Positions 46,089-55,036 of a stretch of 64,000 bases of DNA are shown here, one piece after another. This DNA comes from a virus (Duplodnaviria > Caudoviricetes), in IMG/VR virus record IMGVR_UViG_3300030376_005300, positions 36,987 through 100,986 of that record; one strand, given 5' to 3'. The notes under the pieces were generated by a model, which searched no databases, was not told the origin of the DNA, and was given only the letters and a program-made list of their open reading frames with translations. The position numbers were made by a program, and so were the translations under genes. Position 1 is the first letter of the stretch. Each line of letters starts with the position of its first letter.

Positions 46089-47092
46089 TTACCACCTTGT
46101 TGTTGTCGTTCAAGTGCTTCTTGTTCTTGAATGCGCTGAAGGCTTGTGTCAACTACGCCCACAACACCCGGATTCGTGCCCGGATTTGGCATCTCGTCTT
46201 CTTCTTCCTCTGTATCTTCGTCTCTATCGGTGACGGCTACCTTATTGCGATTAAGTGCACTGTTCGTAGCATTCGTATTAAATTGAGTACCCCTATTGTT
46301 ATCCTTGTCGTTTTCAGCACCTGCACCTTCGGCTGGTGGTTGGGTAGGTGGCGGTAACATAAGTTGCGGAGGTACAGGTAAACCGGCGGCGTTGGTAGGT
46401 GCCACTGCGCCGGAGTGGTCTACCGGGTCTTCTTCAAACTGGGCAGGCTCAACTCTGACAACATTTCCGGCTCTTTGATTAAACATGTTTTGCTTTTCGG
46501 GGTCAAATGCACCTTGGAAGGCCTCTTCCATCTGTGCCATTCGGTCAGCACGGCCTTTGTCTTCTTTACCCCGCTTTATACCAAATGCTTTCGCCCTTGC
46601 CATCCTTTCTGCCTGTGCTTCTTTTGCTTGTTGAGCGGCAAGTTCGTCTTCTTGGTTCACTTCTTCAACCCGACGACGCATTGTTGCGGGATTTATACGG
46701 TCGTTGACATCGTATCGTCTGTTTTCAAAACGACCCCTTGCGCTCATACGAGCATAATCCCTTTTTGCTTCTTCGTCATAATCAGCACGAGCCTGTCGTT
46801 GACGACCTACGCCTACGAGTTTGCTTCTGCCGAGTGCTCCACCGAGTGCTTTGCCTTGGGCTCCGCCGCTTATCATTGCTTGAACGAGGCCACCAAGACT
46901 ACGATGTTTTCCAGCAAGTGCGCCAAGTACACCGACAGTGCCTCCAGCGAGGCCACCTAATCGTTCTCGCTTCGTTCTACCCACGGCTGGTCCGCCGCTA
47001 CTACGACCGCCGCCCACCATCATAATAGGCGGACCGCCACTAACCGTGTTGTAATTTGGCTCAATGGCCTTTACAACGAGAACCTTGTCCAT
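46085..47092 (-). CDS. Putative internal virion/ejection protein, 335 aa
   Basis: N-terminal VLVVK-A; glycine-zipper hydrophobic segment; charged low-complexity remainder. Confidence 0.5.
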   Translation of the reverse strand: MDKVLVVKAIEPNYNTVSGGPPIMMVGGGRSSGGPAVGRTKRERLGGLAGGTVGVLGALAGKHRSLGGLVQAMISGGAQGKALGGALGRSKLVGVGRQRQARADYDEEAKRDYARMSARGRFENRRYDVNDRINPATMRRRVEEVNQEDELAAQQAKEAQAERMARAKAFGIKRGKEDKGRADRMAQMEEAFQGAFDPEKQNMFNQRAGNVVRVEPAQFEEDPVDHSGAVAPTNAAGLPVPPQLMLPPPTQPPAEGAGAENDKDNNRGTQFNTNATNSALNRNKVAVTDRDEDTEEEEDEMPNPGTNPGVVGVVDTSLQRIQEQEALERQQQGGN

Positions 47093-48987
47093 CAGAACTC
47101 ACCTCGTAGGAAGCCATCAAAGTAGCCCATCTTCTTCCGAATCAAATCAATGTCGCTCACGACATCACGGCTGGTACGGATGTCAGGATTCTGTTGCACC
47201 ATCTCGCCTGTGACTGTGTCAAAGAATCGTTGACGAGGGTCAAGGCTCTGCTGTTGCTGAAACGCTTGTTCAGCAGGCGATGCCATGCGAGTTGCCATAG
47301 GTCTTGGCGCAACACCGACCGTGCCGCCAGCCATGGGTGCAGGTGCCGCACGAGGAGCGGGGTCAGGCTCAGGTGCCATACCACCACCCATGCCACCGCC
47401 CATACCGCCACCCATACCGCCGCCCATCATAGGCTCTTCTCGCACTGTAGAGCCTTCGGGAGCAAGCATGTGGTTGCCGTGATAAACGCGAGATTGCCAG
47501 TGTTCGGGAGCATCGTGTCGCCCAAAGTCAGGCACGGGCGTTTCAAGGTTATGGTCTTCATAACTGGTCGGGATGTCGCCGAAACTGAAACGCTTGTGCT
47601 CACTGGCTCCGAGTAACTTGTCAATGATACCTTGCACTTTATCCCTGTACTCATCAGAAACATCGGATTCTGCATCAGAGGCTCGCAGTTGTGTCAAAAC
47701 ACGCTCAAGTGCCTCGTCTTGCGATGCGCCGTCAGCCATCAATTTACCTGCGGCGTTGCTCAAATGCGCTACCATTTGCTTTGCTCTGTTATTGGCAGAA
47801 CGAGCGAACGGTGTCCTTTCGTCCGTCTTTGCACCTGCGGCATGCTGTGCATGGAGGCGATAAGTTTCATCGTTGTGATGAGACCCAATGTTTCGGAAAA
47901 TCGTACGAAAACGCTTGGCTACTCCTTCTCCGCTGTCAGAATTTAAGTTATGCGTTCCACCTTGAAAGAGTAACCGAAGCATAGACGACCTTGCGATTTG
48001 ATTGAGTTCTTCGGGTTTGTGCCCGTGGTCCAACCCCAACTGGTCAAATATGGCCTGCAATTTTTGTCCGTTGAATCCTGCACCTACACCTTTACCGCCA
48101 GCACCCATCATCCTGAACGCATCGTTTGGCATCAACTCAGCGAGTTGGTGAGCGTGGACTTCAGGGTGCATTCTTTGGTCTGACATGGACTGACGCTGGT
48201 CGCCTGTCAAGTAATGGTCAGGCAACTGACCTGTGTTTTGGTACTTTTCAAAATCTTGGGTTGCAATAGACTGAACAATGCCACCGCTGAGGTCGCCGGG
48301 AAGCAAGCGGTTGAACTTTACATACCGTAGATTGTTGACCATTTTTGGGTCAGCACCATAGTTTCTCAGGACTTCGCCCAACTCTCGGTTAAAATGAGTG
48401 TACCCGCCATCAATCCAAGTACCCTCTGCTCCGCCGGGGACATTTCCGACATTCAGTGAATAAGTCATGAGTGGGCGTGGTCCGCCTTCGTGAACAGGGT
48501 CAGCACCTCTAACGAGTCTTCTGTGAGTATCTGTGTTGTTATCGTAGTACTTTGAAGCATGCACCTTGCGCCACTGTGGGCTATCAAAGTTGGGAAGTGT
48601 GTGATTGGACTGTCCTTTTCCATGAGCAACATCGTGCCGACGATTGTAAAGGTCAATGGCTTCCTGCATGACAGTCTGAGCCGACCTTGGGTCAAGTCCG
48701 AAGTCTCGCATCATTTCACGGTGCATCCAATCAATGGGATGAAGGCCACCTTCCAGTAGTTCACCCGTCTTAGGGTGATGATTGAATGGCGGATGGTCGT
48801 GTTCTTCGTGGTCATCACTGAGTCCGGCAGGCGTCGGAGCCCAACCGTGTGCAAGTTCACCATCAAAAGTAAGCCCTGCGGACTTCAAAAGAGGCTTGTT
48901 GAGAGCCTTAAGAAAATGATTCGTCCCGAAAAACGGAGTCTGCTTGAGTAGATAACTGGTCGCAGGCAGGTGAACTTTCCACATCAA
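47092..48987 (-). CDS. Putative internal virion protein, ~631 aa
   Basis: Long coupled ORF; N-terminal LLK/FLK motifs; MGGG repeats near the C-terminus. Confidence 0.55.
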   Translation of the reverse strand: MMWKVHLPATSYLLKQTPFFGTNHFLKALNKPLLKSAGLTFDGELAHGWAPTPAGLSDDHEEHDHPPFNHHPKTGELLEGGLHPIDWMHREMMRDFGLDPRSAQTVMQEAIDLYNRRHDVAHGKGQSNHTLPNFDSPQWRKVHASKYYDNNTDTHRRLVRGADPVHEGGPRPLMTYSLNVGNVPGGAEGTWIDGGYTHFNRELGEVLRNYGADPKMVNNLRYVKFNRLLPGDLSGGIVQSIATQDFEKYQNTGQLPDHYLTGDQRQSMSDQRMHPEVHAHQLAELMPNDAFRMMGAGGKGVGAGFNGQKLQAIFDQLGLDHGHKPEELNQIARSSMLRLLFQGGTHNLNSDSGEGVAKRFRTIFRNIGSHHNDETYRLHAQHAAGAKTDERTPFARSANNRAKQMVAHLSNAAGKLMADGASQDEALERVLTQLRASDAESDVSDEYRDKVQGIIDKLLGASEHKRFSFGDIPTSYEDHNLETPVPDFGRHDAPEHWQSRVYHGNHMLAPEGSTVREEPMMGGGMGGGMGGGMGGGMAPEPDPAPRAAPAPMAGGTVGVAPRPMATRMASPAEQAFQQQQSLDPRQRFFDTVTGEMVQQNPDIRTSRDVVSDIDLIRKKMGYFDGFLRGEF

Positions 48988-50444
48988 CCAACCCTCCCGC
49001 TACCGGGGGCGGCAAACAGAGTTGATGGTGCGCCCCAGTTCTTGGGGTCGTTCTCCAAGTCTTCTGTTGCACCTTCGTTTCTCGTGGTACTGTCCTGCCC
49101 TTCACGATGACCTGCCTTTCCTTTCTCACCGGGACCGCTGGAGACTGCTCCTTTCTTGCTTTTGTCTTTGCGTTCCAAAGCATCCTTGAGGTCTCGCATG
49201 AGTCTTCGCATCTGCGTGAACTGCATGTAGTTCATTTTCTTTCGCACTTCTTCCATGTCGGAACGAATACCTTCTATGGATTTAGCGAAACCTTTGCCTC
49301 TTTCTCGGATTGCCTGTGGCTCCTTTATTTGACCCGAGCCGCCCACCTTGGGAACGCGTGGGTTGTAATCGGTTTCTGCACCAATACCGTGCCCTGTGGG
49401 GATTTGCGGAACATTCCCCATGAGTTTTCGTCGTGCTTGGGTCGCCTGTTGCTGTCCATACTTCTGTGCGTCCAATCGCAGAGGCTGTTTGGTCTCAACA
49501 CCCAAGTGCGTTCGGTGAACAGCCAATGGGGCTCGGTCCAGTCCCTGCTTCTTGCCGGGACTGACGGTTCGTGATTGTTGCTTTGAACGACGAGAGGTAG
49601 CAGTTTCAATACGAGCACCACCCGGTTGAATCTCAAACTGAGGCTGTCGCCATGACTTGTCCTTGCTTCGCCCTGCTTCGTCCAACTTGGACTTCATCAA
49701 CGAGGACCAAGCGTCGTTCATTGGCTCGCTTCTATGAATATCTTGAAAAGTAGGGTGAAATCCCGCATCGCTTACAGCACTACCTTGTGCGTTAAGGTCA
49801 TTTTCAACCAATCGGTAATTGTACTCATTGAGTATCTCTTCGTCATATTCAAGAATACCTTCAAGCATCCTTTGTACTTGTGTGTCCAAAACACCATTAT
49901 CCATTGTTGCATATGGCCTTGGGGTGTCGGGATTCATCACTTCGGGCCTTACTTCTTCGTCAAAATACCGCTGAGTGTCTTCATCCGAGCCATCTCCAAC
50001 ATCGTGTACATGGGGGTCTTGCTTTAGCAAACTACTCCAAGCATCCTCCATCGGCTCACCCGTAGCGAGCATACCGCCGGGTGCTGGCATTGTACCAGTA
50101 GCGGCACCAAGACTGAGATTGCCCATGTCAGGCATACCCGTCATGGCACCGAACTGTTGACCCTCGTTGAACTGGTCGTCCATCTCAAGTGGCTCTTCTT
50201 CTTCCTCGTTCATCATCGGAGGCATCATCGGAGGTTCGGGCTTGGGTGTAGTAATCTGTAAGTGAGGAAGTTCTTCACTCATCACAGGCTTTTCTTTTTC
50301 TGCCTGCTTTTGGTCACGAACCTGCTCCATCTCCTCAGGGTCGCCATAGCCATGCTTGTAGTCGTCATCGTCCTTGGAATAACCAAGGTTGGACTCACTA
50401 CGAGGCGAGTACATGCGAGTGTCGGAACCTGTAGCCATTGGCAC
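48984..50444 (-). CDS. Low-complexity putative internal virion polyprotein, 486 aa, with two internal EPMxDAWSSLxK motifs
   Basis: EPMEDAWSSLLK and EPMNDAWSSLMK 110 aa apart; SD GAGGTGA. Confidence 0.65.
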   Translation of the reverse strand: MPMATGSDTRMYSPRSESNLGYSKDDDDYKHGYGDPEEMEQVRDQKQAEKEKPVMSEELPHLQITTPKPEPPMMPPMMNEEEEEPLEMDDQFNEGQQFGAMTGMPDMGNLSLGAATGTMPAPGGMLATGEPMEDAWSSLLKQDPHVHDVGDGSDEDTQRYFDEEVRPEVMNPDTPRPYATMDNGVLDTQVQRMLEGILEYDEEILNEYNYRLVENDLNAQGSAVSDAGFHPTFQDIHRSEPMNDAWSSLMKSKLDEAGRSKDKSWRQPQFEIQPGGARIETATSRRSKQQSRTVSPGKKQGLDRAPLAVHRTHLGVETKQPLRLDAQKYGQQQATQARRKLMGNVPQIPTGHGIGAETDYNPRVPKVGGSGQIKEPQAIRERGKGFAKSIEGIRSDMEEVRKKMNYMQFTQMRRLMRDLKDALERKDKSKKGAVSSGPGEKGKAGHREGQDSTTRNEGATEDLENDPKNWGAPSTLFAAPGSGRVG

Positions 50445-50454
50445 TCATCTCACC

Positions 50455-51156
50455 TCACAATATGTCAAGGATGTCGTCATCCACTGTTCCGTCTGCGTTG
50501 GCGAGTAGGCTGGCCTTGACTCGCTTCCAAACATCGGGACTCTCTTTGCCTAATTCAACTTTGAGGACATTGATGGTATTATTGGCGACATTGGTCGTTG
50601 GTTCGGCCCACTTCTCTTGGTAAGCACTGAGGTCTTTCAGCGTCTCTCTAACTTCCTTGTGAAGTCGTACCATGTCGCTGATAACGCCATCATCGTGGAT
50701 ATTGGTTTCTAACATGTACTGAGCCAGTTTACCATTGAGTCCTTGGACATTGTTTCGCAGGATGTCAACTTCTTCGCCGACTTTGATAGCGACCACTGCC
50801 GCCGAACTCTTCTTGACAAGCGGTTGAAAGTGATGCTTCATGTGTCGGTATACCGAATCTTCACTGCATTCTAACTCATCAGCGATACTCTCACTGGTAC
50901 GGTCGCCTTCAAAGTAAGCAACTTCCAATGCACTGCGATGGTCACTGGTGCAAACTGCACAGGAATGGTTCGCAGTGCTGTGGTATTCACCAACATGGTT
51001 TTTCATATGACGCTCCGCAGTATTGGTTCGCCAACCCATATCCTTGTCCATCACTTGAGGGTTAGCGATACCGTCAATGATACTCTGTTCCAAGGCATCT
51101 CGGTCAGGATGTTGACAAAAAGGACAACTTCGCTTTGTCTGACGAACCCCTCCCAT
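50455..51156 (-). CDS. Tandem zinc-finger/HTH protein with a coiled coil (terminase small subunit candidate), 233 aa
   Basis: Two CxxC...RHMKxH repeats followed by a helical oligomerisation-like region; heads the transcription unit leading to terL. Confidence 0.5.
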   Translation of the reverse strand: MGGVRQTKRSCPFCQHPDRDALEQSIIDGIANPQVMDKDMGWRTNTAERHMKNHVGEYHSTANHSCAVCTSDHRSALEVAYFEGDRTSESIADELECSEDSVYRHMKHHFQPLVKKSSAAVVAIKVGEEVDILRNNVQGLNGKLAQYMLETNIHDDGVISDMVRLHKEVRETLKDLSAYQEKWAEPTTNVANNTINVLKVELGKESPDVWKRVKASLLANADGTVDDDILDIL

Positions 51157-51216
51157 ACCATATCGCAGGAGGCTGACATGAATAACCTTTTTGAACAAAG
51201 TGCCCTACGAACACTG

Positions 51217-51543
51217 ATGAAACTTCCTCGTATCAAGCCCAAAATCATGGGTGTTCCTGTGTCTATAGAGACTGTGAGAAACTTGTCAAGAGCAGGAAGA
51301 GACATTGCTATGATGAGATATGTTCCTGATGATGTTAAGCAGATTCGGCTTGACATTTGTAAAGGATGCCCCAGTTGGAAAAACTACCGCTGTACCGAAT
51401 GCGGCTGTCAAATGAGGGTCAAGGTCAGCCTAACATCAAGCGAGTGCCCCCTCAAGAAATGGGGCAGGCATGTCCCGTCGTTAAATCTCGGAGATGCGGG
51501 AATAGATACCAGTGAGCATGAAAAACGCTCCAAACAGTCCTAA
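51217..51543 (+). CDS. Small Cys-rich protein (R..IC..C...C..CGC...K......CP..KW), 108 aa; only credible plus-strand gene
   Basis: Six-Cys pattern typical of a widespread small viral family (DUF6171-like from memory); divergent from 51156. Confidence 0.65.
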   Translation: MKLPRIKPKIMGVPVSIETVRNLSRAGRDIAMMRYVPDDVKQIRLDICKGCPSWKNYRCTECGCQMRVKVSLTSSECPLKKWGRHVPSLNLGDAGIDTSEHEKRSKQS

Positions 51544-51723
51544 CACAAGATAAGCCATGCTGTTGCTGTCCATTTTACTACTGGAAGTTAGCAACAACAT
51601 AGACAGCGTGACAATAATAGTCAAGAGTTGAACCATTATCATGTCAACGATGACACTCTTTCTTGGAGCAAAAATCTCCATCGCTGTGTTGGATAAGCCC
51701 GTAAATCCGTAATCTCTCATCAT
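51481..51723 (-). CDS. Small two-TM membrane protein, 80 aa
   Basis: Two hydrophobic helices; SD GGTGA; last gene of the GTPase operon. Confidence 0.65.
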   Translation of the reverse strand: MMRDYGFTGLSNTAMEIFAPRKSVIVDMIMVQLLTIIVTLSMLLLTSSSKMDSNSMAYLVLGLFGAFFMLTGIYSRISEI

Positions 51724-51727
51724 GTTA

Positions 51728-52366
51728 TCACCGTGTCCCCATCATTCTGCCCATAAAACTACCAGCGGCAGAGCCCGCTTTGTCCATGAATCCGTCATTT
51801 GCCAAAGCCGCGTTCAAAGCCCCTCCCATCATGGACTGCTGTGCAAATGCCGCAATCTGCTGTTGTTGCATTTCTGCCTGTTGAATACTTTGTTGACTGG
51901 CCATTTGCAGTGAACTAAATTGATTTTTGACATTCTCGGCACTCATGGTTTGAAGATTGTCAGGAAGTGAAGTGACATCCATTTTCATTTTACCTTCCTT
52001 TTCGTCAATGATGAACTCAGCGTTTTTGAGAACTTCCAACACTGAAAAACTCACGAGGTCGTTGAACATCTGCAAGAAAGTTGCCATCTGTGCTCCAACG
52101 ACAAAACGGTCAATGGGTGCAAGTGTACGCATCATGGCCAGTTGAATCTCCATTTCGCTGGGAGGTGCCATTGGTTGTTGCATCATACCTTGTTGCATAC
52201 CTGCTCCTCCCATCATGCCGCCCATAAACGCGTTGTTTTGGGCTTGTTGCATCATGCCATTTTGCTGTGCAAATGGGTTCATTTGAGAGTTCATAGGAGG
52301 AGCGTTAGATTGCGCTCCAAGGTTAAGTGCACCGTTTTGTTGTTGTCCATTGTTGCCAAATAACAT
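51728..52366 (-). CDS. Q/M/G-rich protein, 212 aa
   Basis: SD GAGGTGA; low-complexity N-terminus, helical core. Confidence 0.7.
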   Translation of the reverse strand: MLFGNNGQQQNGALNLGAQSNAPPMNSQMNPFAQQNGMMQQAQNNAFMGGMMGGAGMQQGMMQQPMAPPSEMEIQLAMMRTLAPIDRFVVGAQMATFLQMFNDLVSFSVLEVLKNAEFIIDEKEGKMKMDVTSLPDNLQTMSAENVKNQFSSLQMASQQSIQQAEMQQQQIAAFAQQSMMGGALNAALANDGFMDKAGSAAGSFMGRMMGTR

Positions 52367-52375
52367 TTTCTCACC

Positions 52376-53386
52376 TCACTGTGTAAATAGCCCTTGCTCT
52401 GTTTGTGGGAGGGCACCTTGATTCATAACACCATTGGTCACCTCTTGGGGTAAATTTTGAGCCACGCTGGGTGGCGGGTGTTGCATAATACCGAGATTAC
52501 CGATAGCATCGGAAAGAGTCGGCGTCATGTTGGTCATTTCCTGTTGAAACAATCTTAGGTCAAAGACAATCATAGTCACATCGTTGATGCCGGTTTCCGG
52601 GTTTTTGTAGTGAAGGAGGTTAATACCGTTGTAAGCCTTGGAGTCTTTTTCCAACTGCATAAAGAACGGCTCATACTTCTTGAGGAGTTCAGGAGTATTG
52701 TCTTTCTTTCGGACTATGGATATTGGCACTGCTACTGTAGAAACCCCTTTCTTAACCATTTCTCGCATACCTGTTTTGGTCTTGTTGTGGTCTTTGTCAG
52801 CCTCGGATTCCCACTTGCACAACAAATGATACAAGTGAAGATGTTCAGGGCAGTAGGTACCCTTCATTTTGCGACCGTTCGTAACTTGTTCCCGTGCCAC
52901 AAACGGCTCCGGCGTACCTGTTACTGGATTTTGCCAATACATTTCCCACAAACTCTTACCGCTTTCCTCATCGGTAATTTTAGCGTACAAGTTGTCGTAC
53001 TTGATGAGTTCTTCGCAGTCGCACCCGTCAATGACGCATAGGTTGCTTTGACGATTGTAGCGATATTTCCGTCCCCAAACCCAGCGGAGAGGGTTAAACA
53101 AACTTCGCTTTGTAGGAGTTAGCAACTTACGAGCCTGCTTGATGTCCTGTTTGCGAGCCTTTCTTGGGTCAGGATGACGACTTGGGTAGAAGTTCACTTT
53201 AGGTACCTCAATGTTCTGCTTGGCTATTTCTTGCATACCTTGCTGTGCGGCTTGCATTTCCATCAACTGTTCATGACTTGCGTTCCCTTGCTGGCCCAAG
53301 GCCACCAAATGAGACTGACTCATGTTTGCCAAATTGGCGTCACTCTGCGGTACTCCATATCCTCGTAATCTCATCATTTTCTTCAC
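52376..53386 (-). CDS. Hypothetical protein with Cys/His cluster, 336 aa
   Basis: CVIDGCDC...YCPEH; directly downstream of the GTPase. Confidence 0.7.
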   Translation of the reverse strand: MKKMMRLRGYGVPQSDANLANMSQSHLVALGQQGNASHEQLMEMQAAQQGMQEIAKQNIEVPKVNFYPSRHPDPRKARKQDIKQARKLLTPTKRSLFNPLRWVWGRKYRYNRQSNLCVIDGCDCEELIKYDNLYAKITDEESGKSLWEMYWQNPVTGTPEPFVAREQVTNGRKMKGTYCPEHLHLYHLLCKWESEADKDHNKTKTGMREMVKKGVSTVAVPISIVRKKDNTPELLKKYEPFFMQLEKDSKAYNGINLLHYKNPETGINDVTMIVFDLRLFQQEMTNMTPTLSDAIGNLGIMQHPPPSVAQNLPQEVTNGVMNQGALPQTEQGLFTQ

Positions 53387-53387
53387 C

Positions 53388-54104
53388 TTAACTTAACAAA
53401 TCCAACATTGTATTTTCTACATTCCAACCAATTTTCGTAGCCATCATTCCCCTCTTCGTAGGAACACCCGCTTTTTGGAGGCGTACGAGGTCTTCTCGGA
53501 ACGGGTCAAACATTCTGTGTTCACCAAGGCGTTGCTGTTGCCACAGTATGTTTGCTTGCTCATCCCACCATTCATCCGCTTTGTTTGCCACCAACATAAC
53601 CATTTTCGGAACATATCTCTTACCTTTCCAGCGACTTTTCAAATTACGATAGCGATACTGCCTATGAACGATTGCATCTACAAGAAATTTAAATCCTCCT
53701 ACGGCTTGCACAGCAGGGTCTCCTCCTTGTGTACAGCGATGGTCAAACAAAAATATGATGGCCTCTACTTGTCTCGCTACCATGTCGTCCGTCCAAAGAT
53801 TCCAAAAGCGTTCTTCTCCAGCAATGTCAGAGGAATATACCACACGCTTGTCGCCTTTCCAAGAAACACGCTTCCGAGTCGCACCGGGAAGTAAAAAGCG
53901 ATTGAAACCGGGTACTTTGAAGTGCTTGGTACGCTCGTCAAGTGGAATGTCCTCCATCTCTCCGGGCGTTGTCATGTAGCGGTCAAGCGTAGTTTTACCA
54001 ACCATTGTCGGACCGTATACGCCTACTCGCCTTGGTTTCCAGTAGTGGTACAACTCTTTGGCGAACACCACGCCGCCAACAAGTGCGCTACCTCCCAGTG
54101 ACAT
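53388..54104 (-). CDS. Small Ras/Arf-superfamily-like GTPase with an N-terminal hydrophobic helix, 238 aa
   Basis: G1 GPTMVGKTT, candidate G2 Thr (ERT), G3 DIAGEERF, G4 NKAD; TGATG coupling at 54102-54106. Confidence 0.8.
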   Translation of the reverse strand: MSLGGSALVGGVVFAKELYHYWKPRRVGVYGPTMVGKTTLDRYMTTPGEMEDIPLDERTKHFKVPGFNRFLLPGATRKRVSWKGDKRVVYSSDIAGEERFWNLWTDDMVARQVEAIIFLFDHRCTQGGDPAVQAVGGFKFLVDAIVHRQYRYRNLKSRWKGKRYVPKMVMLVANKADEWWDEQANILWQQQRLGEHRMFDPFREDLVRLQKAGVPTKRGMMATKIGWNVENTMLDLLS

Positions 54105-54361
54105 CAGTCTCTCCCCGAAAAAATAGCGTTTGACCAACTCTGCAACTTACCTTTGAGCCAATCACCTGAAGATTCCCACAGATTCCAATCAGTGTAAAAT
54201 TCAAAAGCACTGACAACAAATGCAGTTGTCGTTGAAAATATCACCACTTTCAACCAACCCCAGCCGCGTTCGTAAGCAACATCCACCGTGTTGGCGATGT
54301 GCATGCTACGAAGGGTTTCCTCCACAGCGTCGTCGCTGGGGGTCTTGAAAATGCGACCCAT
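54104..54361 (-). CDS. Small single-TM membrane protein, 85 aa
   Basis: Hydrophobic segment WLKVVIFSTTTAFVVSAF; translationally coupled to the GTPase. Confidence 0.65.
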   Translation of the reverse strand: MGRIFKTPSDDAVEETLRSMHIANTVDVAYERGWGWLKVVIFSTTTAFVVSAFEFYTDWNLWESSGDWLKGKLQSWSNAIFSGRD

Positions 54362-54367
54362 GTGGCA

Positions 54368-54958
54368 TCACTTGTCCTTTTTCTTGAATGTCCCGTCAGC
54401 GTTTCGCTGAGGTTCCTTGCCATCGTCAAAGTCAAATCCGAGAGAAAGAGGTGCAGAGGTCTTAGCAGGTACGAAGTCAACAGTACCGGTACCAGCACCC
54501 TTCATGCGTTGCTCAATCCAAGGTGGTGTTTTACCGGGGTTATGTTCCATCCAGTTAAGTTCGGACTCCAATTGTGCCTCTTGCATGCGGATTTCCATGT
54601 CTTGTCGGCGTCGGTCAAATGACATTTCCATGCTACGGTAGCGTGTACGGCGTTGCTTTTCCTGAGAAGCAATCCTTGCCCGTTCGTCCATACCTTGCTG
54701 GAAGAACATTTTGAACAAGTAGTAGGCTACACCTTGTACTGCAAATGCGGCCATAGCGTAAGTGATTCCGTTGACTGTCGGGTCATCCAATTTAAGCCAG
54801 TAACCTGCATCAAAAACAGCAATGGCTATCCCTATTGACACGGCTTGGGTGAGAATCAAACCCATCAATCTTATCTCTGCTTGGTCAGCGTCTCTCATTG
54901 GCTCTCTACCGCTCTGCACAACAATCCCTCTCGGTGTTCGCACCACTGTTGTACTCAT
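54368..54958 (-). CDS. Two-TM membrane protein with a coiled coil, up to 196 aa
   Basis: Two hydrophobic helices followed by a charged heptad region; start uncertain. Confidence 0.7.
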   Translation of the reverse strand: MSTTVVRTPRGIVVQSGREPMRDADQAEIRLMGLILTQAVSIGIAIAVFDAGYWLKLDDPTVNGITYAMAAFAVQGVAYYLFKMFFQQGMDERARIASQEKQRRTRYRSMEMSFDRRRQDMEIRMQEAQLESELNWMEHNPGKTPPWIEQRMKGAGTGTVDFVPAKTSAPLSLGFDFDDGKEPQRNADGTFKKKDK

Positions 54959-54970
54959 AAAGGTATCACA

Positions 54971-55017
54971 AAAATATGAAAGGAGGGCCGAAGAGGGAGA
55001 GAGTGCCCCTCCGACCC
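54971..55017 (-). terminator. Stem-loop plus U-rich tract (putative terminator/structured RNA)
   Basis: GGGUCGGAGGGG-9nt-CCUCUUCGGCCC (12 bp including 3 G-U pairs) followed by UCCUUUCAUAUUUUU. Confidence 0.5.
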
Positions 55018-55036
55018 GGTCACTGCGAAGCAGTCA

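Noticed and set aside
47378-47430. 12-bp tandem repeat as a regulatory or contingency locus
   Set aside because: Encodes in-frame MGGG repeats with synonymous variation, i.e. protein-level low complexity
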